DNA of 64,000 bases, from the NCBI GenBank assembly GCA_027717655.1, contig JALLOH010000002.1, forward strand, positions 3,474-67,473, read 5' to 3'. Shown here piece by piece: positions 10,647 through 20,722 of the stretch. Each line of letters starts with the position of its first letter. Position 1 is the stretch's first letter. The position numbers and the translations under genes were made by a program. The stretch comes from Acidobacteriia bacterium AH_259_A11_L15 (GTDB lineage: Bacteria > Acidobacteriota > Terriglobia > Acidiferrales > 2-02-FULL-67-57). A model generated the notes under the pieces. The model was not told where the DNA came from, ran no database searches, and saw only the letters and a list, made by a program, of their open reading frames with translations.

Positions 10647-10925
10647 CTAGGTCCATCGCAGGGTAACGTCATACTTGGCCGCCAGCTCTTGGGCGTCGGC
10701 GGCCAGGCGCTTGAAGTTGATGGAGGCGATGTTCATGTTGGCCAGAGCCACCTTCCAGCCTTTGCCCTCTCCCCTCCAATTCCACTCGTAAAGCTTTAGC
10801 TCCTGGCCGAACTTGCTCTTCAGGGCGCAGAGGGCCACCCAGCGCTTGGGGGTGCGAACGTAGGTGCGGGCCTCGAGGAGCTCGTAGTAGTCGCTCAGGG
10901 GGAGTTTTTCTGAATCGTCGCTCAC
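10647..10925 (-). CDS. Small hypothetical protein (92 aa)
   Basis: GTG start after GGAAGGAG RBS; GC3-biased codons; ends 16 nt before eno. Confidence 0.75.
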   Translation of the reverse strand: MSDDSEKLPLSDYYELLEARTYVRTPKRWVALCALKSKFGQELKLYEWNWRGEGKGWKVALANMNIASINFKRLAADAQELAAKYDVTLRWT

Positions 10926-11211
10926 AGGGGCTCTCCTTCCGGCAGGAATTCTGGCCGTGGAGTCGGCCGCGAGGAAGAAGCGGGCGACCGGACGCCCATT
11001 ATAGCAAGCGACAGCGCGCGCCCGCGAAAAAATCGCCCCGGCCAGCCTCCCGGGGCCACTCCCGAGGGTGAAAAATTGCCCGTCCGGGGAAAAAAGACTC
11101 GCGGGGGCACAAAGGGGAGCGCCGGAGAAATCCCTTGACTGGCCACAGGCTTTTCGGTAAGTCTTACCAATCCTTGCTTGCTTACAAGAGACCAAAGGGG
11201 GTGTGGATCAG

Positions 11212-11409
11212 TTGGCCGAAGTTCGGATACAAGAGTCTGAATCCTTGGAAAGTGCTCTTCGGCGGTTCAAGCGGAAGGTGCAGCAAGAGGACATCATCAA
11301 GGACATCAAGAAACACTCCTACTACTTGAAGCCCGGGCAGCGACGCAGGATCAAGCAAGCTCTGGCACGCAAGCGAGCACGAAAAAAACAACGGCGTGAG
11401 CGCGGCTAG
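11212..11409 (+). CDS. rpsU: 30S ribosomal protein S21
   Basis: ESLESALRRFKRKVQ...YYLKP; TTG start chosen. Confidence 0.95.
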   Translation: MAEVRIQESESLESALRRFKRKVQQEDIIKDIKKHSYYLKPGQRRRIKQALARKRARKKQRRERG

Positions 11410-11480
11410 CCGCCCGGCAGGTACCCCGGGGAGTCGGGGGGGCGGTCTTGGCCGAGGTCGCACGCGTGGGGAGTCGGGGA

Positions 11481-11783
11481 ATGGAGTTCCAAGACAAGGT
11501 ACTGAGCTGTGTGGATTGCGGGTCCGAGTTCATCTTCACCGCCGGCGAGCAGATGTTTTTCGCCGACAAGGGCTTCAAGCACGAGCCCAAGCGCTGTAAG
11601 CCCTGCAAGGCCAAACGCAACCAGGTGAGCGAGAGCGGTCACTCCCACCGGGTAGAGACGGTCACCGTCTGCTCGCAGTGCGGCAAGGAGACCACGGTGC
11701 CCTTCAAGCCCACCCAGGGACGCCCGGTTTATTGCCGCGAGTGCTACCAGCAGAGGCGGACGGCCGGCGCCGCCGCCCTCTAG
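11481..11783 (+). CDS. Zinc-ribbon plus CxxC-x17-CxxC domain protein
   Basis: DKVLSCVDCGSEFIFTAGEQMFF...PKRCKPC; CSQCG...VPFKP...PVYCREC. Confidence 0.92.
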   Translation: MEFQDKVLSCVDCGSEFIFTAGEQMFFADKGFKHEPKRCKPCKAKRNQVSESGHSHRVETVTVCSQCGKETTVPFKPTQGRPVYCRECYQQRRTAGAAAL

Positions 11784-11946
11784 GTTCCCGGGCACCACAA
11801 CTTGTCCTCCCCCGCGGGCAGGGGTGAGGTCCTTCCTGACGTTGCTCCCTGGCTGCGCCCGCGGAGAAGCCGAGCCCGCCAATCCCTAGAAATCGTGGAG
11901 AATACGGAATTCGAGAAGAAGGCAGGCTGGGGCGCGGCCAAAATTC

Positions 11947-12066
11947 GAAGACGGGCCGGTAACGGGAGCACCAACCCGGCCCGCCTTCGCTGCCGATAGT
12001 TGCGTTGCGCCGCTTTCCCGAATGTTTCGGGATGCCCGCAGCTTTAGCGGACGAACACAACTACCG
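11947..12066 (-). ncRNA. Candidate structured RNA (two hairpins) between convergent genes
   Basis: 13-bp stems 11994-12006/12054-12066 and 11947-11959/11976-11988; imperfect pairs are G-U only on the minus strand. Confidence 0.3.
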
Positions 12067-12285
12067 TCTTGTCCAAACCCATCCCGCCGTTTTCTCTCCC
12101 CGGGCGCGCATCGGGCCGCGGCCCCTGGGCCCGGGAACCCCTAACGCTACGTTAGACGGCGATTGCCGGGCCCACGGTAGCAACCGCCGGTGAAATATTG
12201 TTCTCGCCCCCACCTCAGCAACCGGACTGGGTCCACCTTCAGCTTTCAAGAATGAACTACGTGGGGAGCGGCGGGCGGGTTCCCG

Positions 12286-12663
12286 CTATTTTTCGAAGAT
12301 GACCTGGGCGAAGACGAATTGCTCCGCGTGGGATAAGGATACGAAAATCTCTCGCACGCCCTGGCGGCGGGCGAATTCCCTGGCCTGGCCGAACAGCGCC
12401 AAGGTGGGGCGGCCCCCGGGTTGGTTGGTCACTTCCACGTCCAGCCAGCGCACGCCGCGCTTCCAACCGGTGCCCAGGGCCTTGAAGGCGGCCTCCTTGG
12501 CGGCGAAGCGGGCGGCATAGCGCTCCCATTTGTTTCGCTTGCGCTCGCAGTAGGCGATTTCCTTGGGGGTGAAGACCCGCTCCAAGAAGCGCCGCCCGTA
12601 GCGCTGGGCCGCCTCGCGGATGCGAGCGGGTTCGGCGATGTCGATTCCCAGGCCGACGATCAT
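12286..12663 (-). CDS. acpS: Holo-[acyl-carrier-protein] synthase
   Basis: GLGIDI, YAARFAAKEAAFKALGTG, SLSH. Confidence 0.97.
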   Translation of the reverse strand: MIVGLGIDIAEPARIREAAQRYGRRFLERVFTPKEIAYCERKRNKWERYAARFAAKEAAFKALGTGWKRGVRWLDVEVTNQPGGRPTLALFGQAREFARRQGVREIFVSLSHAEQFVFAQVIFEK

Positions 12664-12760
12664 TTTCCCGTGCCCGGTGGGCAGTGCCCGGCGACCAAGT
12701 AGAGGCGTTGCGCTGCTAGTGTATCATCAACCTGAGGACCGCTCACGGAGGGCGCCAGGT

Positions 12761-13558
12761 TTGGCCAAGCAGGGAGAAAAAAGGGGCGAAAACTGGCTGA
12801 AGTTTTTGGGCACGGCAGGGGCGCGCTTTGTGGTGACCAAGCAGTTGCGAGCCTCGGGCGGGCTGTGGGCGTGCCTGGAAGGAGTGAACGTCCTGGTGGA
12901 CCCCGGGCCGGGCTGCCTGGTGCGCTGCCTGAACTCGAAGCCCAGGCTTGACCCCACCAGGCTCGATGCCCTCCTGCTCTCGCACCGCCACCTCGACCAC
13001 TCGAACGACATCAACCTGATGATGGAGGCGATGAGCGAGGGTGGGTTCAAGCGCCGCGGGCGCGTGTTCGTGCCCGGCGAGGCGCTGGAAGAGGATCCGG
13101 TGGTGCTGCGCTACGTCCGCGGCTACGTGGAAGAGATCGTCCCGCTGAAGGCAGGCGGGCGGTACCAACTCGGGCCGCGGGTGGGGTTCCACACCCCCAT
13201 CACCCACCAGCACGGGACGGAGACCTACGGGTTCGTCTTCGAAACCCCGAAGCACACCCTCAGCTACATCACCTGCACACTTTTTTTCCCGGAGCTGGCG
13301 AAGGCTTACGCGGGCTGCGACACGCTGCTGATCAACACCGTCCGGCTGAAGGGGGACGAGAGGAAAGACATCAAGCACCTGACCCTCGACGATGCTCGCA
13401 CTCTAATCCGGGCCATCAAGCCGCGAACCGCCCTTCTGACCCACTTTGGGATGACCATGATCCGTGCCAAGCCATGGGAGCTGGCCAAGAAGCTGAGCGA
13501 GGAGACCGGGGTCGAGGTCATCGCCGCCCGCGACGGCATGCGGCACGAGCTGAAGTGA
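12761..13558 (+). CDS. Metallo-beta-lactamase-fold hydrolase
   Basis: FLGTAG, VDPGPG, SHRHLDH, LTHFG; TTG start after GGAGG. Confidence 0.88.
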   Translation: MAKQGEKRGENWLKFLGTAGARFVVTKQLRASGGLWACLEGVNVLVDPGPGCLVRCLNSKPRLDPTRLDALLLSHRHLDHSNDINLMMEAMSEGGFKRRGRVFVPGEALEEDPVVLRYVRGYVEEIVPLKAGGRYQLGPRVGFHTPITHQHGTETYGFVFETPKHTLSYITCTLFFPELAKAYAGCDTLLINTVRLKGDERKDIKHLTLDDARTLIRAIKPRTALLTHFGMTMIRAKPWELAKKLSEETGVEVIAARDGMRHELK

Positions 13559-14484
13559 AGCGAAAACGTCGAAGCCAGAAACCAAAAATCAAGCTGCTGC
13601 AAGCCCCGCGGCTGGCCCGGCTGAAATGGCTCCGGCACGCCTTCACCACGCGCTTGCCGGGCGGCTTCAACCTGAACTACTCCGCAGCGGATCGGCCCGC
13701 AAAAGTAGAAAAGAACCGACGGGCGCTTCTGCGAGCGCTGGGGGCGAAGACGCCCGGGCCGGGCTGGCAGCTCATCACTCTGCGGCAGCGCCACACCGAC
13801 ATCATTCGGGCGATCGCGAGCACGCCACCGGAGCAACTTTCTGGTTCGCAGCGGGAGCGCGCTGGCGGCGTCAAGCTGGTCGGCGATGCCGCAGTTAGCG
13901 ACCAGCCGGGGTACCTCTTGGCCGTGCAGGTGGCCGACTGCCTGCCCATCCTGCTGGTTGATGTCGAGCAGCGCGTGGTGGCCGCCGTGCACGCCGGCTG
14001 GCGGGGCACATTGTCGAGCCTCGCCGCCAAGGCAGTGGGGCGGATGCGGCAGGACTTCGGCTGCAAACCGAAGAGAATCCTGGCGGCCATCGGGCCCGGC
14101 ATCCACGAGTGCTGCTACGAAGTAGGTCGGGCAGTGGTCGAGGCGTACGAGGGTCGCTTCCCGTACGGGGAGAAGCTCTTTCGGCGCACCCAGCCTTCGC
14201 CCAGCGAAGTCCACTGGCAGCAGCCGCGGCTCGAACCCTCCCCAAGCTTCGGAACCCGGGAGCGGCGGCCCCGGCCGGCGGCCACCTCACCGCGGGCGGA
14301 AAGGTTTCATCTCGACCTGGTCGAAGCCAACCAGCGCCAGCTCCTCGCCGCCGGGCTGCAGCCACGAAATATCTGGGCGTCGCCGTTCTGCACCGCCTGC
14401 CGGACGGATTTGTTCTTCTCCCACCGCGCGGAACAGGGCCGCACAGGAAGGATGATGGCAGTTATCGGCTTGGTCGAGCGCTGA
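13555..14484 (+). CDS. pgeF: YfiH/PgeF laccase-domain protein (purine nucleoside phosphorylase / peptidoglycan editing)
   Basis: HAFTTR, VADCLPILL, HAGWRG, IGPGI..CCYEVG, CTAC...FFSHR; GTGA overlap with upstream stop. Confidence 0.92.
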   Translation: MKRKRRSQKPKIKLLQAPRLARLKWLRHAFTTRLPGGFNLNYSAADRPAKVEKNRRALLRALGAKTPGPGWQLITLRQRHTDIIRAIASTPPEQLSGSQRERAGGVKLVGDAAVSDQPGYLLAVQVADCLPILLVDVEQRVVAAVHAGWRGTLSSLAAKAVGRMRQDFGCKPKRILAAIGPGIHECCYEVGRAVVEAYEGRFPYGEKLFRRTQPSPSEVHWQQPRLEPSPSFGTRERRPRPAATSPRAERFHLDLVEANQRQLLAAGLQPRNIWASPFCTACRTDLFFSHRAEQGRTGRMMAVIGLVER

Positions 14485-14605
14485 GATTCTTCGCCTGTCT
14501 GCCGCCCGCCTGCGGTAGGCAGGACAGGCAGGGCTCCGCTCAGAATGACAAAAAAGGAAGGCGGAACGAGGGCGGAAGCAGAGCGCTGAGGGGCTTGACC
14601 GCTGG

Positions 14606-16093
14606 CTAGTCGGCGCCCACGGGCTCGGGATGGGACTCCGGGGGTTCGGCGACCGGGGGCCGGCCGGCGAAGACCTCCCAGAGGGCCCGGCGGTAGCTCC
14701 AGGTAGCCCTGAGCCAGGCGCGCACGGTCATCTGGCGGAAGTAGACCCCGCGGAAGGCCATGGTGGCGAACATATAGATCATTTTGTGCACCCACCGGCG
14801 GCCGCGCAGACGCCGCATGCGCTCCAGCACGCTCCCGGCGCTGTAGGCGAGGCGCCAGGCGGTGCGGATTTCCGTTTCCAGTTCCGCCGGAGTCATCTGC
14901 TTGGGCTGGAAGGCGGCGCCGTAGGGACGGTAATGGAGCCAATGGCGCTGCTCCAAGCGGTTCTGCTGGCGAAGCATCTTGAACAGGGGCGTGCCCGGGA
15001 GCGGAGTGAGCTGGCTGAAGATGGGGAAGAAACTCGGCGTCCAGCCGCGCAACACCTCCCAGGTGCGCGCGGCCACGCCGGGGCGGTCGGCGTCGATGCC
15101 GAAGATGAACCCGGTGACCGAGTATATCTTGCGGCGGTGCAGCTCCGCGATGATGTGGGCGTACTCCTCGGGCTTGTTGAAGCTCTTGCTCACCTGGGCC
15201 AGGCTCTCGGGGAGCACCGACTCCAGCCCGATGAAGACCCCGATGCAGCCGGAGCGCTTCATCAGGTCGAGCAGCTCCGGGTCGCGCAGCAGGTTCATGG
15301 AGATCTGCCCGGCCCAGGGCATGCGGATCCCGGCCTCAATCATGTCGCGCAGCAGCGACTTGGTGCGCGGCGGGTTGATGGCAAAGTTGTCGTCCACGAA
15401 GAAGACAAAGGTTCGGCCCAGACGCTTGAGCAACCGCAGTTCTTCGATGACGTTCTCGTTGGTGCGGAAGCGGACCTTTTCACCGAAGAAGGGGCTGACA
15501 GTGCAGAAGTCGCAGCGGTAGGGGCACCCGCGGCCGGTCTCCACCGGGGTGATGTTGATGTCGTAGCGCTCGTAGCCCGTGGCGCGCAGCAGGCGATAGA
15601 GCCAGCGGGGCAGGAGGGTGAACTGCTTGAAGTCCATCTTCTCCCAGCCCAGGATGGGGTAATTTTCCAGGCTGGGCTTATCGTCGGCGCGGTAAATCGG
15701 CTGTAACTTGGCGGCTTCGAAGTCAGCCAGCATTTGCGGCCAGAGGGCGTCGGCTTCCCCGCAGGCGACCGCATCGGCGTGCTGCAGGGCTTCTTCCGGC
15801 TCCTCCGTGACATGCGGGCCCCCCATTATCACCGGCACGCCCAGGGCACGCACGCTGTCGGCCACCGCGTAGGAGCGGTGGATGGTGCGGGTCATCCCGC
15901 CAATGCCGACCAGGTCCACTTTTTCGCGGCGGATGTAGTCGGCCAGTTGCTCGGGGTTGAGGCGGATGACATTGCCGTCCACGGTGATCACCTGGTGAGC
16001 GGGCGGGGTAAGCGCTTTCAGCAGGTGCGGCCACAGCGTGGGCATATAGCTGTGGGTGATGGCATTGTCGGGGACGTAGAAGAGAATGCGCAA
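14606..16093 (-). CDS. B12-binding-domain radical SAM protein
   Basis: MGGPHVT, RGCPYRCDFC (CxxxCxxC), FVDDNF, IGLES, TPLPGTPL. Confidence 0.92.
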   Translation of the reverse strand: MRILFYVPDNAITHSYMPTLWPHLLKALTPPAHQVITVDGNVIRLNPEQLADYIRREKVDLVGIGGMTRTIHRSYAVADSVRALGVPVIMGGPHVTEEPEEALQHADAVACGEADALWPQMLADFEAAKLQPIYRADDKPSLENYPILGWEKMDFKQFTLLPRWLYRLLRATGYERYDINITPVETGRGCPYRCDFCTVSPFFGEKVRFRTNENVIEELRLLKRLGRTFVFFVDDNFAINPPRTKSLLRDMIEAGIRMPWAGQISMNLLRDPELLDLMKRSGCIGVFIGLESVLPESLAQVSKSFNKPEEYAHIIAELHRRKIYSVTGFIFGIDADRPGVAARTWEVLRGWTPSFFPIFSQLTPLPGTPLFKMLRQQNRLEQRHWLHYRPYGAAFQPKQMTPAELETEIRTAWRLAYSAGSVLERMRRLRGRRWVHKMIYMFATMAFRGVYFRQMTVRAWLRATWSYRRALWEVFAGRPPVAEPPESHPEPVGAD

Positions 16094-16288
16094 AGAGTGC
16101 CTCGCAGCAAAAAGTATCGCGCCCGACCTCGGAAACCGCTGCAGTCTATGCCCAGCCGGGGATAGTGTCAATGGCTTTCTGCGGTGGCGGGGAGAGGAGG
16201 GAGGACGGACGGGGAATGACCGGGGCGAGCTGGTCTTCGGTGCTAGGGAAGTGGGAGAGATTCGCCGGCCGGCTGCGACAGGAGTGAC

Positions 16289-17452
16289 TCAGGTAGCTTC
16301 CTGCAGCCAAAGCAGGATACTGGCGATTTCGGTGAGGACGGAGTCGACTTCGTCTTCCGTGTTGTAGAAGTGGGGGGAGAGGCGGATGCCGGCGCCGGGG
16401 CGGTAGTCAACCAGAATGTCCCGCCGCAGCAGCTCTCGCAGCACCTCCGGCCCCCGGGGGATGTCAAGCGTCACAGTGCCGCCACGCTGGTGATCGGCCT
16501 CGGGGGTATGGACGCGCCAGCCGCGCTGGCGAGCCCCCTCAATCAAGCGGCGCGTCAGTTGCCGCGAGTGCTCGCGAATGCGACTGACGCCCACCTGCTG
16601 GATGATGTCCAGCCCGGGCCGGGCAGCATAAAACGCGGGGATGTGCGGGGTGCCGTTGAGGAAGCGGAAGGCGTCGTCGCGGTAGGCCCCGGGGCCGACC
16701 TGGAAGTTGAACGGCTGTGGGTGAGCGAGCCAGCCGGTAATCATGGGCTCGAGCTTGGCGTGCAGGTCGGGCCGAACGTATAAGTAGGCCACGCCCGGGC
16801 CGCCGCAGAGCCACTTCAGCGTCCCGCCCACCAGGAAGTCCACATTCCATTTCTTGGCTTCGACGGGCAGGACGCCGGCTGACTGGTAGGCATCCAGCAA
16901 AACGTGGGCGCCGACGCGATGGGCCTTCTCGACGATGGCGGGGACGTCCTGGATGTAGGCGCTGCGGAAAAGGACGTGGGAGATGGGCACCAGCAGGGTG
17001 CGCTCGTCGATCGCCTTCAGCAATTTTTCGGTGGGGACGCACAGCGGGTCTTCTTCGGTGCGGACCAGCTCGATTTCGGCTCCACGAGCGCGCTGGGCGT
17101 GCCAGAAGTAGAGGATGGACGGGAACTGCTTGTCGGTCAGCACCACCTTGCGGCGGGGGCCCTCGAAGTTGAAACAGGAGGCCACGACCGCCTGGGTGAG
17201 GGTGACGTTGGTGTGAAGCGAAATCGTGCCCGGGTCGGCGCCCACGAGGGGGGCAATCTTGTCGCCGAGGGCGACGGCCATCTCCCACCAGCCTTCTTCC
17301 CAGGCCCGCACCCCGCGGGTGGCCCAGGCGCGGGCGTAGTCGGCCAGCGCGCGCTCGACCGCGCGCGGCATGGCCCCCAAGGAGTTGCTGATCATGTAGG
17401 TGGTGGTTTCGAGAATCGGGAACTCCTTGCGCCAGGCCAACAGGTCGGTCAT
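16289..17452 (-). CDS. Class V PLP-dependent enzyme, kynureninase-like
   Basis: NSLGAMP, LDAYQSAG, GGTLKWLCGGPG, IRLSPHFYN. Confidence 0.85.
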   Translation of the reverse strand: MTDLLAWRKEFPILETTTYMISNSLGAMPRAVERALADYARAWATRGVRAWEEGWWEMAVALGDKIAPLVGADPGTISLHTNVTLTQAVVASCFNFEGPRRKVVLTDKQFPSILYFWHAQRARGAEIELVRTEEDPLCVPTEKLLKAIDERTLLVPISHVLFRSAYIQDVPAIVEKAHRVGAHVLLDAYQSAGVLPVEAKKWNVDFLVGGTLKWLCGGPGVAYLYVRPDLHAKLEPMITGWLAHPQPFNFQVGPGAYRDDAFRFLNGTPHIPAFYAARPGLDIIQQVGVSRIREHSRQLTRRLIEGARQRGWRVHTPEADHQRGGTVTLDIPRGPEVLRELLRRDILVDYRPGAGIRLSPHFYNTEDEVDSVLTEIASILLWLQEAT

Positions 17453-18888
17453 CGCTCACCCCCCGAGGAAGTTTGTCGGCGGCGCCAGCGCCACAGCAGA
17501 TAAGCTAGAGAAAGCAGCCCCAGCCAGGGCAGGCCCACCGGCAGGGTAACATTGAGCCCTTCGACGAACCACGTCCCCATCAAGACTACGGCCAAACCGG
17601 CCAGGCCCAGCCAGGTCACCACCGGGAAGCCCGGCATAAAGGTGCGGAGGTTGGCTTGGCCGCGGCGGGCGCGGCGGAAGGCCAGGTGGGTCACCAGAAT
17701 CATGATCCAAACAAAGATCCCTCCGAAGAAGGCCACTCCAATCATATAGAGATAGGCTTGCTGGGGAAAAAACTTCTTCATCAGCACGGCGGCTACCATG
17801 CCGACGCTGGAGAGGAGCAGCGCCGCCAAAGGGACGCCGCGGCGGGTGAGCCGGCCCAGCGCCGCCGGGGCGTAGCCGCCGCGGGAGAGCGAAAACAGCA
17901 TCCGGGAGGTGAGGTAGAGGTTGGTGTTGGCGCTGGAGAGGGCGGCGGTCAGGACGACGAAGTTCATGACGCCGGAAGCCGCGGGGAGGCCTACAGCCTC
18001 GAAGGCGCGCACGAAGGGGCTGACGTCGAGGCCCACGCGCCCCCAGGGCACCAGTCCCACCAGCAGGGCCATCCCCCCCACGTAGAACAGACCCAGGCGC
18101 CAGAAGACCGAGCGGAGCGCCCGCGGCACGGTGCGCTTCGGGTCCTGCGCTTCCCCGGCAGTGACCGCCACCACCTCGACGCCGAGGTAGCTGAAGACGG
18201 CCATGCTCAGGGCCAGCACCACGCCGCCCCAGCCGTGCGGCAGGAAGCCGCCGTGGGCGGTGTAGTTCTCGAAACCCACGCGCTCCAGCGGGCCGACGCC
18301 GAAGAGCAAGCTGACGCCCACGACGAGGAAGAGGACGATGGCGACCACCTTGATGAGGGCGAACCAGTACTCGAAGGTACCGAAGCTGGCCACGCTCCAG
18401 GCGTTGGCCGCGACCAAGCCGACAGAGAAAGCGATTACCCAGACCCAGCCCGGGACGTGGGGAAACCAAAAGTTGCAGTAGATGGCGGCGGCGACGACTT
18501 CGCTGCCGATGGCGATCACCTGGGCAAACCAGTAGGAGTAGCGCATGGTGAAGCCGGCCCAGGGGTGGAGGTAGATTTCCGCATACACGCCGAAGGAGCC
18601 GGCCACCGGGTGGGCCACGGCCATCTCCGCCAAAGCCCAGGCGATGACCAGGGCGATGAAGGCAGCCACCAGGTAAGAAAGAACAACCCCGGGGCCGGCC
18701 AGGGGAATCGCAATGCCCGAGCCCAGGAACAGCCCGGTGCCGATGGCCCCACCCAGGGCGATCATGCTGAGCTGGCGGGGAGTGAGCCGGCGAGCGAGGA
18801 CGTCCTCGCCCGAATCGGGCGAGCCCGAATCGGGCAAGCGGGCGGCGCCCGTAGCGGCGCGGGGCGGCTGGGGCGGCGCGGGGGACAA
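17449..18888 (-). CDS. APC-family amino acid permease
   Basis: MIALGGAIGTGLFLGS, FEYWFALIKV, NFVVLTAALS; many transmembrane helices. Confidence 0.95.
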   Translation of the reverse strand: MSPAPPQPPRAATGAARLPDSGSPDSGEDVLARRLTPRQLSMIALGGAIGTGLFLGSGIAIPLAGPGVVLSYLVAAFIALVIAWALAEMAVAHPVAGSFGVYAEIYLHPWAGFTMRYSYWFAQVIAIGSEVVAAAIYCNFWFPHVPGWVWVIAFSVGLVAANAWSVASFGTFEYWFALIKVVAIVLFLVVGVSLLFGVGPLERVGFENYTAHGGFLPHGWGGVVLALSMAVFSYLGVEVVAVTAGEAQDPKRTVPRALRSVFWRLGLFYVGGMALLVGLVPWGRVGLDVSPFVRAFEAVGLPAASGVMNFVVLTAALSSANTNLYLTSRMLFSLSRGGYAPAALGRLTRRGVPLAALLLSSVGMVAAVLMKKFFPQQAYLYMIGVAFFGGIFVWIMILVTHLAFRRARRGQANLRTFMPGFPVVTWLGLAGLAVVLMGTWFVEGLNVTLPVGLPWLGLLSLAYLLWRWRRRQTSSGGER

Positions 18889-19000
18889 AGCGCCCCATCC
18901 TAGTCAAGCCGGGGCGAAGGGTCAATGCGCAGCTAAAGAGTAAAGTTCCGGAGAGTACCCGGCGTGGCGAGAATTTTTGCCCGGTGCCCCGAGAAGGAGC

Positions 19001-19078
19001 GGGAGGGGCTAAACCCCTCCCCTACAGGCGCCGCGAATACAGAGAGCAGGTGTAGGGCGGGGGTTTAGCCCCCGCCCC
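19001..19078. repeat. Inverted pair of GTAG-tagged REPs
   Basis: gggaggggctaaacccctcccCTACA and TGTAGggcgggggtttagcccccgccc. Confidence 0.85.
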
Positions 19079-19099
19079 GAACCGGCCAGGGCGAAGACT

Positions 19100-19357
19100 T
19101 CAGGCCCCGGCGAAGCGGTTGTAGATCAAGGCGAAGACGCCGCCGCCAATCAGTCCGTCCAGCAGGCCGTAGAGCGTCCCTATAATGACCTGCCCGAAGC
19201 TCTGGGTGGCGTGGTAGCCAGGATAAACTGAGGCCATGGCCTGGAGGAATTCCTGGCCGTAGCCGGTCCAGAGATTGAACAGGCCGCTCAGGAACATGGC
19301 GCCGATGCCCCAGAACAGGGCCAGGGTAATGGCCAGACCTTTGACACTGAGTTTCAT
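19100..19357 (-). CDS. Small two-helix membrane protein (family often labelled holin-like)
   Basis: ATG after GGAGG; SVYPGY...GTLYGLLDG...IYN motif. Confidence 0.8.
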   Translation of the reverse strand: MKLSVKGLAITLALFWGIGAMFLSGLFNLWTGYGQEFLQAMASVYPGYHATQSFGQVIIGTLYGLLDGLIGGGVFALIYNRFAGA

Positions 19358-19431
19358 AGGTGCACCTCCGCGGTAGGTGGGGCCGACCGGCTCCATTCTA
19401 CCTCCAAAAAAGCCCCTTCGGCCCACCGGGG

Positions 19432-20496
19432 CTAGCCGGCCGAGGCCGGGCTGGGTTGGGGAGAGGGAGTGGTGAGGGAAGCCAGTTGGCCGCAGGCGGC
19501 CGAAACGTCCTGGCCGCGGGAGCAGCGCAGGAAGGCCAAGAGACCGGCGCGGCGGAGAATTTTCTGGAAGGGCTCGAGGGCAGCGTCCGCCGGGGCGCGG
19601 TAGGGCAAGCCGGGGACGGGGTTCCAGGGGATTAGATTCACTTTGCAGCGCAGCCCGCGGGTGAGGCGGGCCAAGCGGCGAGCGTCTTCTGGGGTATCGT
19701 TGAAGCCGCCCAGCAGGACGTACTCGAAAGTCAACCGCTCCCGCGGCCGCAGGGGGTAGGCGCGGCAGGCGGCGAAGAGCTCTCCCAGCGGGTACTTGCG
19801 GTTGAGGGGCATGATGGCGGTGCGCTGCTCGTCGGTGGTGGCGTTCAGCGAGACGCCCAGCTTGGGGCGGCGGTCTTCCCGGGCCAGGCGGCGGATGCCG
19901 GGGATGATGCCCGAAGTGGAAAGCGTGATGCGCAGCAGGGGGATGTTCATCCCTTGGGGGTCGGCCAGCAGCCGCACGGCTTTCAAGGTGGGTTCGTAGT
20001 TCAGCAGCGGCTCCCCCTGGCCCATGAGCACCACGTTGGTGCGCGGCCGGCGCCGCTGGCGGTTGTCGGCCAAGACCGCCAGCACCTGGCCAACGATCTC
20101 TCCGGCCGACAGGTTCCGAACCAGCCCGAGCCGGGCGGTGGCGCAGAAGCGGCAGTCGACGGCGCAGCCAGCCTGGGTGGAGAGGCAGAGCGTTTGGCGG
20201 TTTTTCTCCGGCATCCAGACGGTCTCGATGGTCTTGCCGTCGCCAAGCTGCAGCAGGTAGCGGATGCTGCCGTCGGCCGAGGGGTAGCGGCGGGCGAGTT
20301 GCGGCCAAGTAGCGGCAGCGTCGCGCTCCAGGCGGGCCCGGAGGGCGCGGCTGAGGCTGGTCATACGACTGAACTCCCGGCGGCCCTCGGCGTAGAGGGC
20401 GTGGTAGAGCTGGCTGCCGCGGTAGGCCGGCTCGCCCCACTGCTGGGCCAGGCGGCGGAACTCTTCCAGCTCAAATCCCAACAGCTCGATGGGCAT
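19432..20496 (-). CDS. rlmN: 23S rRNA m2A2503 / tRNA methyltransferase
   Basis: CLSTQAGCAVDCRFCATA, MGQGEP, KVNLIPWN, AACGQL. Confidence 0.96.
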   Translation of the reverse strand: MPIELLGFELEEFRRLAQQWGEPAYRGSQLYHALYAEGRREFSRMTSLSRALRARLERDAAATWPQLARRYPSADGSIRYLLQLGDGKTIETVWMPEKNRQTLCLSTQAGCAVDCRFCATARLGLVRNLSAGEIVGQVLAVLADNRQRRRPRTNVVLMGQGEPLLNYEPTLKAVRLLADPQGMNIPLLRITLSTSGIIPGIRRLAREDRRPKLGVSLNATTDEQRTAIMPLNRKYPLGELFAACRAYPLRPRERLTFEYVLLGGFNDTPEDARRLARLTRGLRCKVNLIPWNPVPGLPYRAPADAALEPFQKILRRAGLLAFLRCSRGQDVSAACGQLASLTTPSPQPSPASAG

Positions 20497-20607
20497 GGCA
20501 GGCACGAGGCCGACCTCAGACGTCTTGATTCTATGCCACACGTGGGGGTTCGAGATAGGCCGGGGTGGCGTCATGTTGAAACTTGCTTTGGCGGTGATCC
20601 AGCAAGA

Positions 20608-20674
20608 GGCTAACGCTTGACCTCACCTGCCGCTATGCAGCGGAATAGCGGTCAGGTGCGGCGACTTGTAAGGC
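20608..20674 (-). mobile_element. Integron attC site (67 bp)
   Basis: Minus strand GCCTTAC-AAGTCGCCGCACCTGACCGCTAT...ATAGCGGCAGGTGAGGTCAAGC-GTTAGCC; imperfect palindrome downstream of an ORF. Confidence 0.85.
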
Positions 20675-20722
20675 AGCCCTTTGGCACGTAGCCAGTACCG
20701 GTGTGAATTCGTCATGGACGAA

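Noticed and set aside
12032..12080. ADEHNYRLV peptide resembling a tmRNA tag
   Set aside because: No ALAA-stop ending and no tRNA-like ends
19100..19357. Holin-like gene as a sign of a prophage
   Set aside because: No phage structural, lysin or integrase genes nearby
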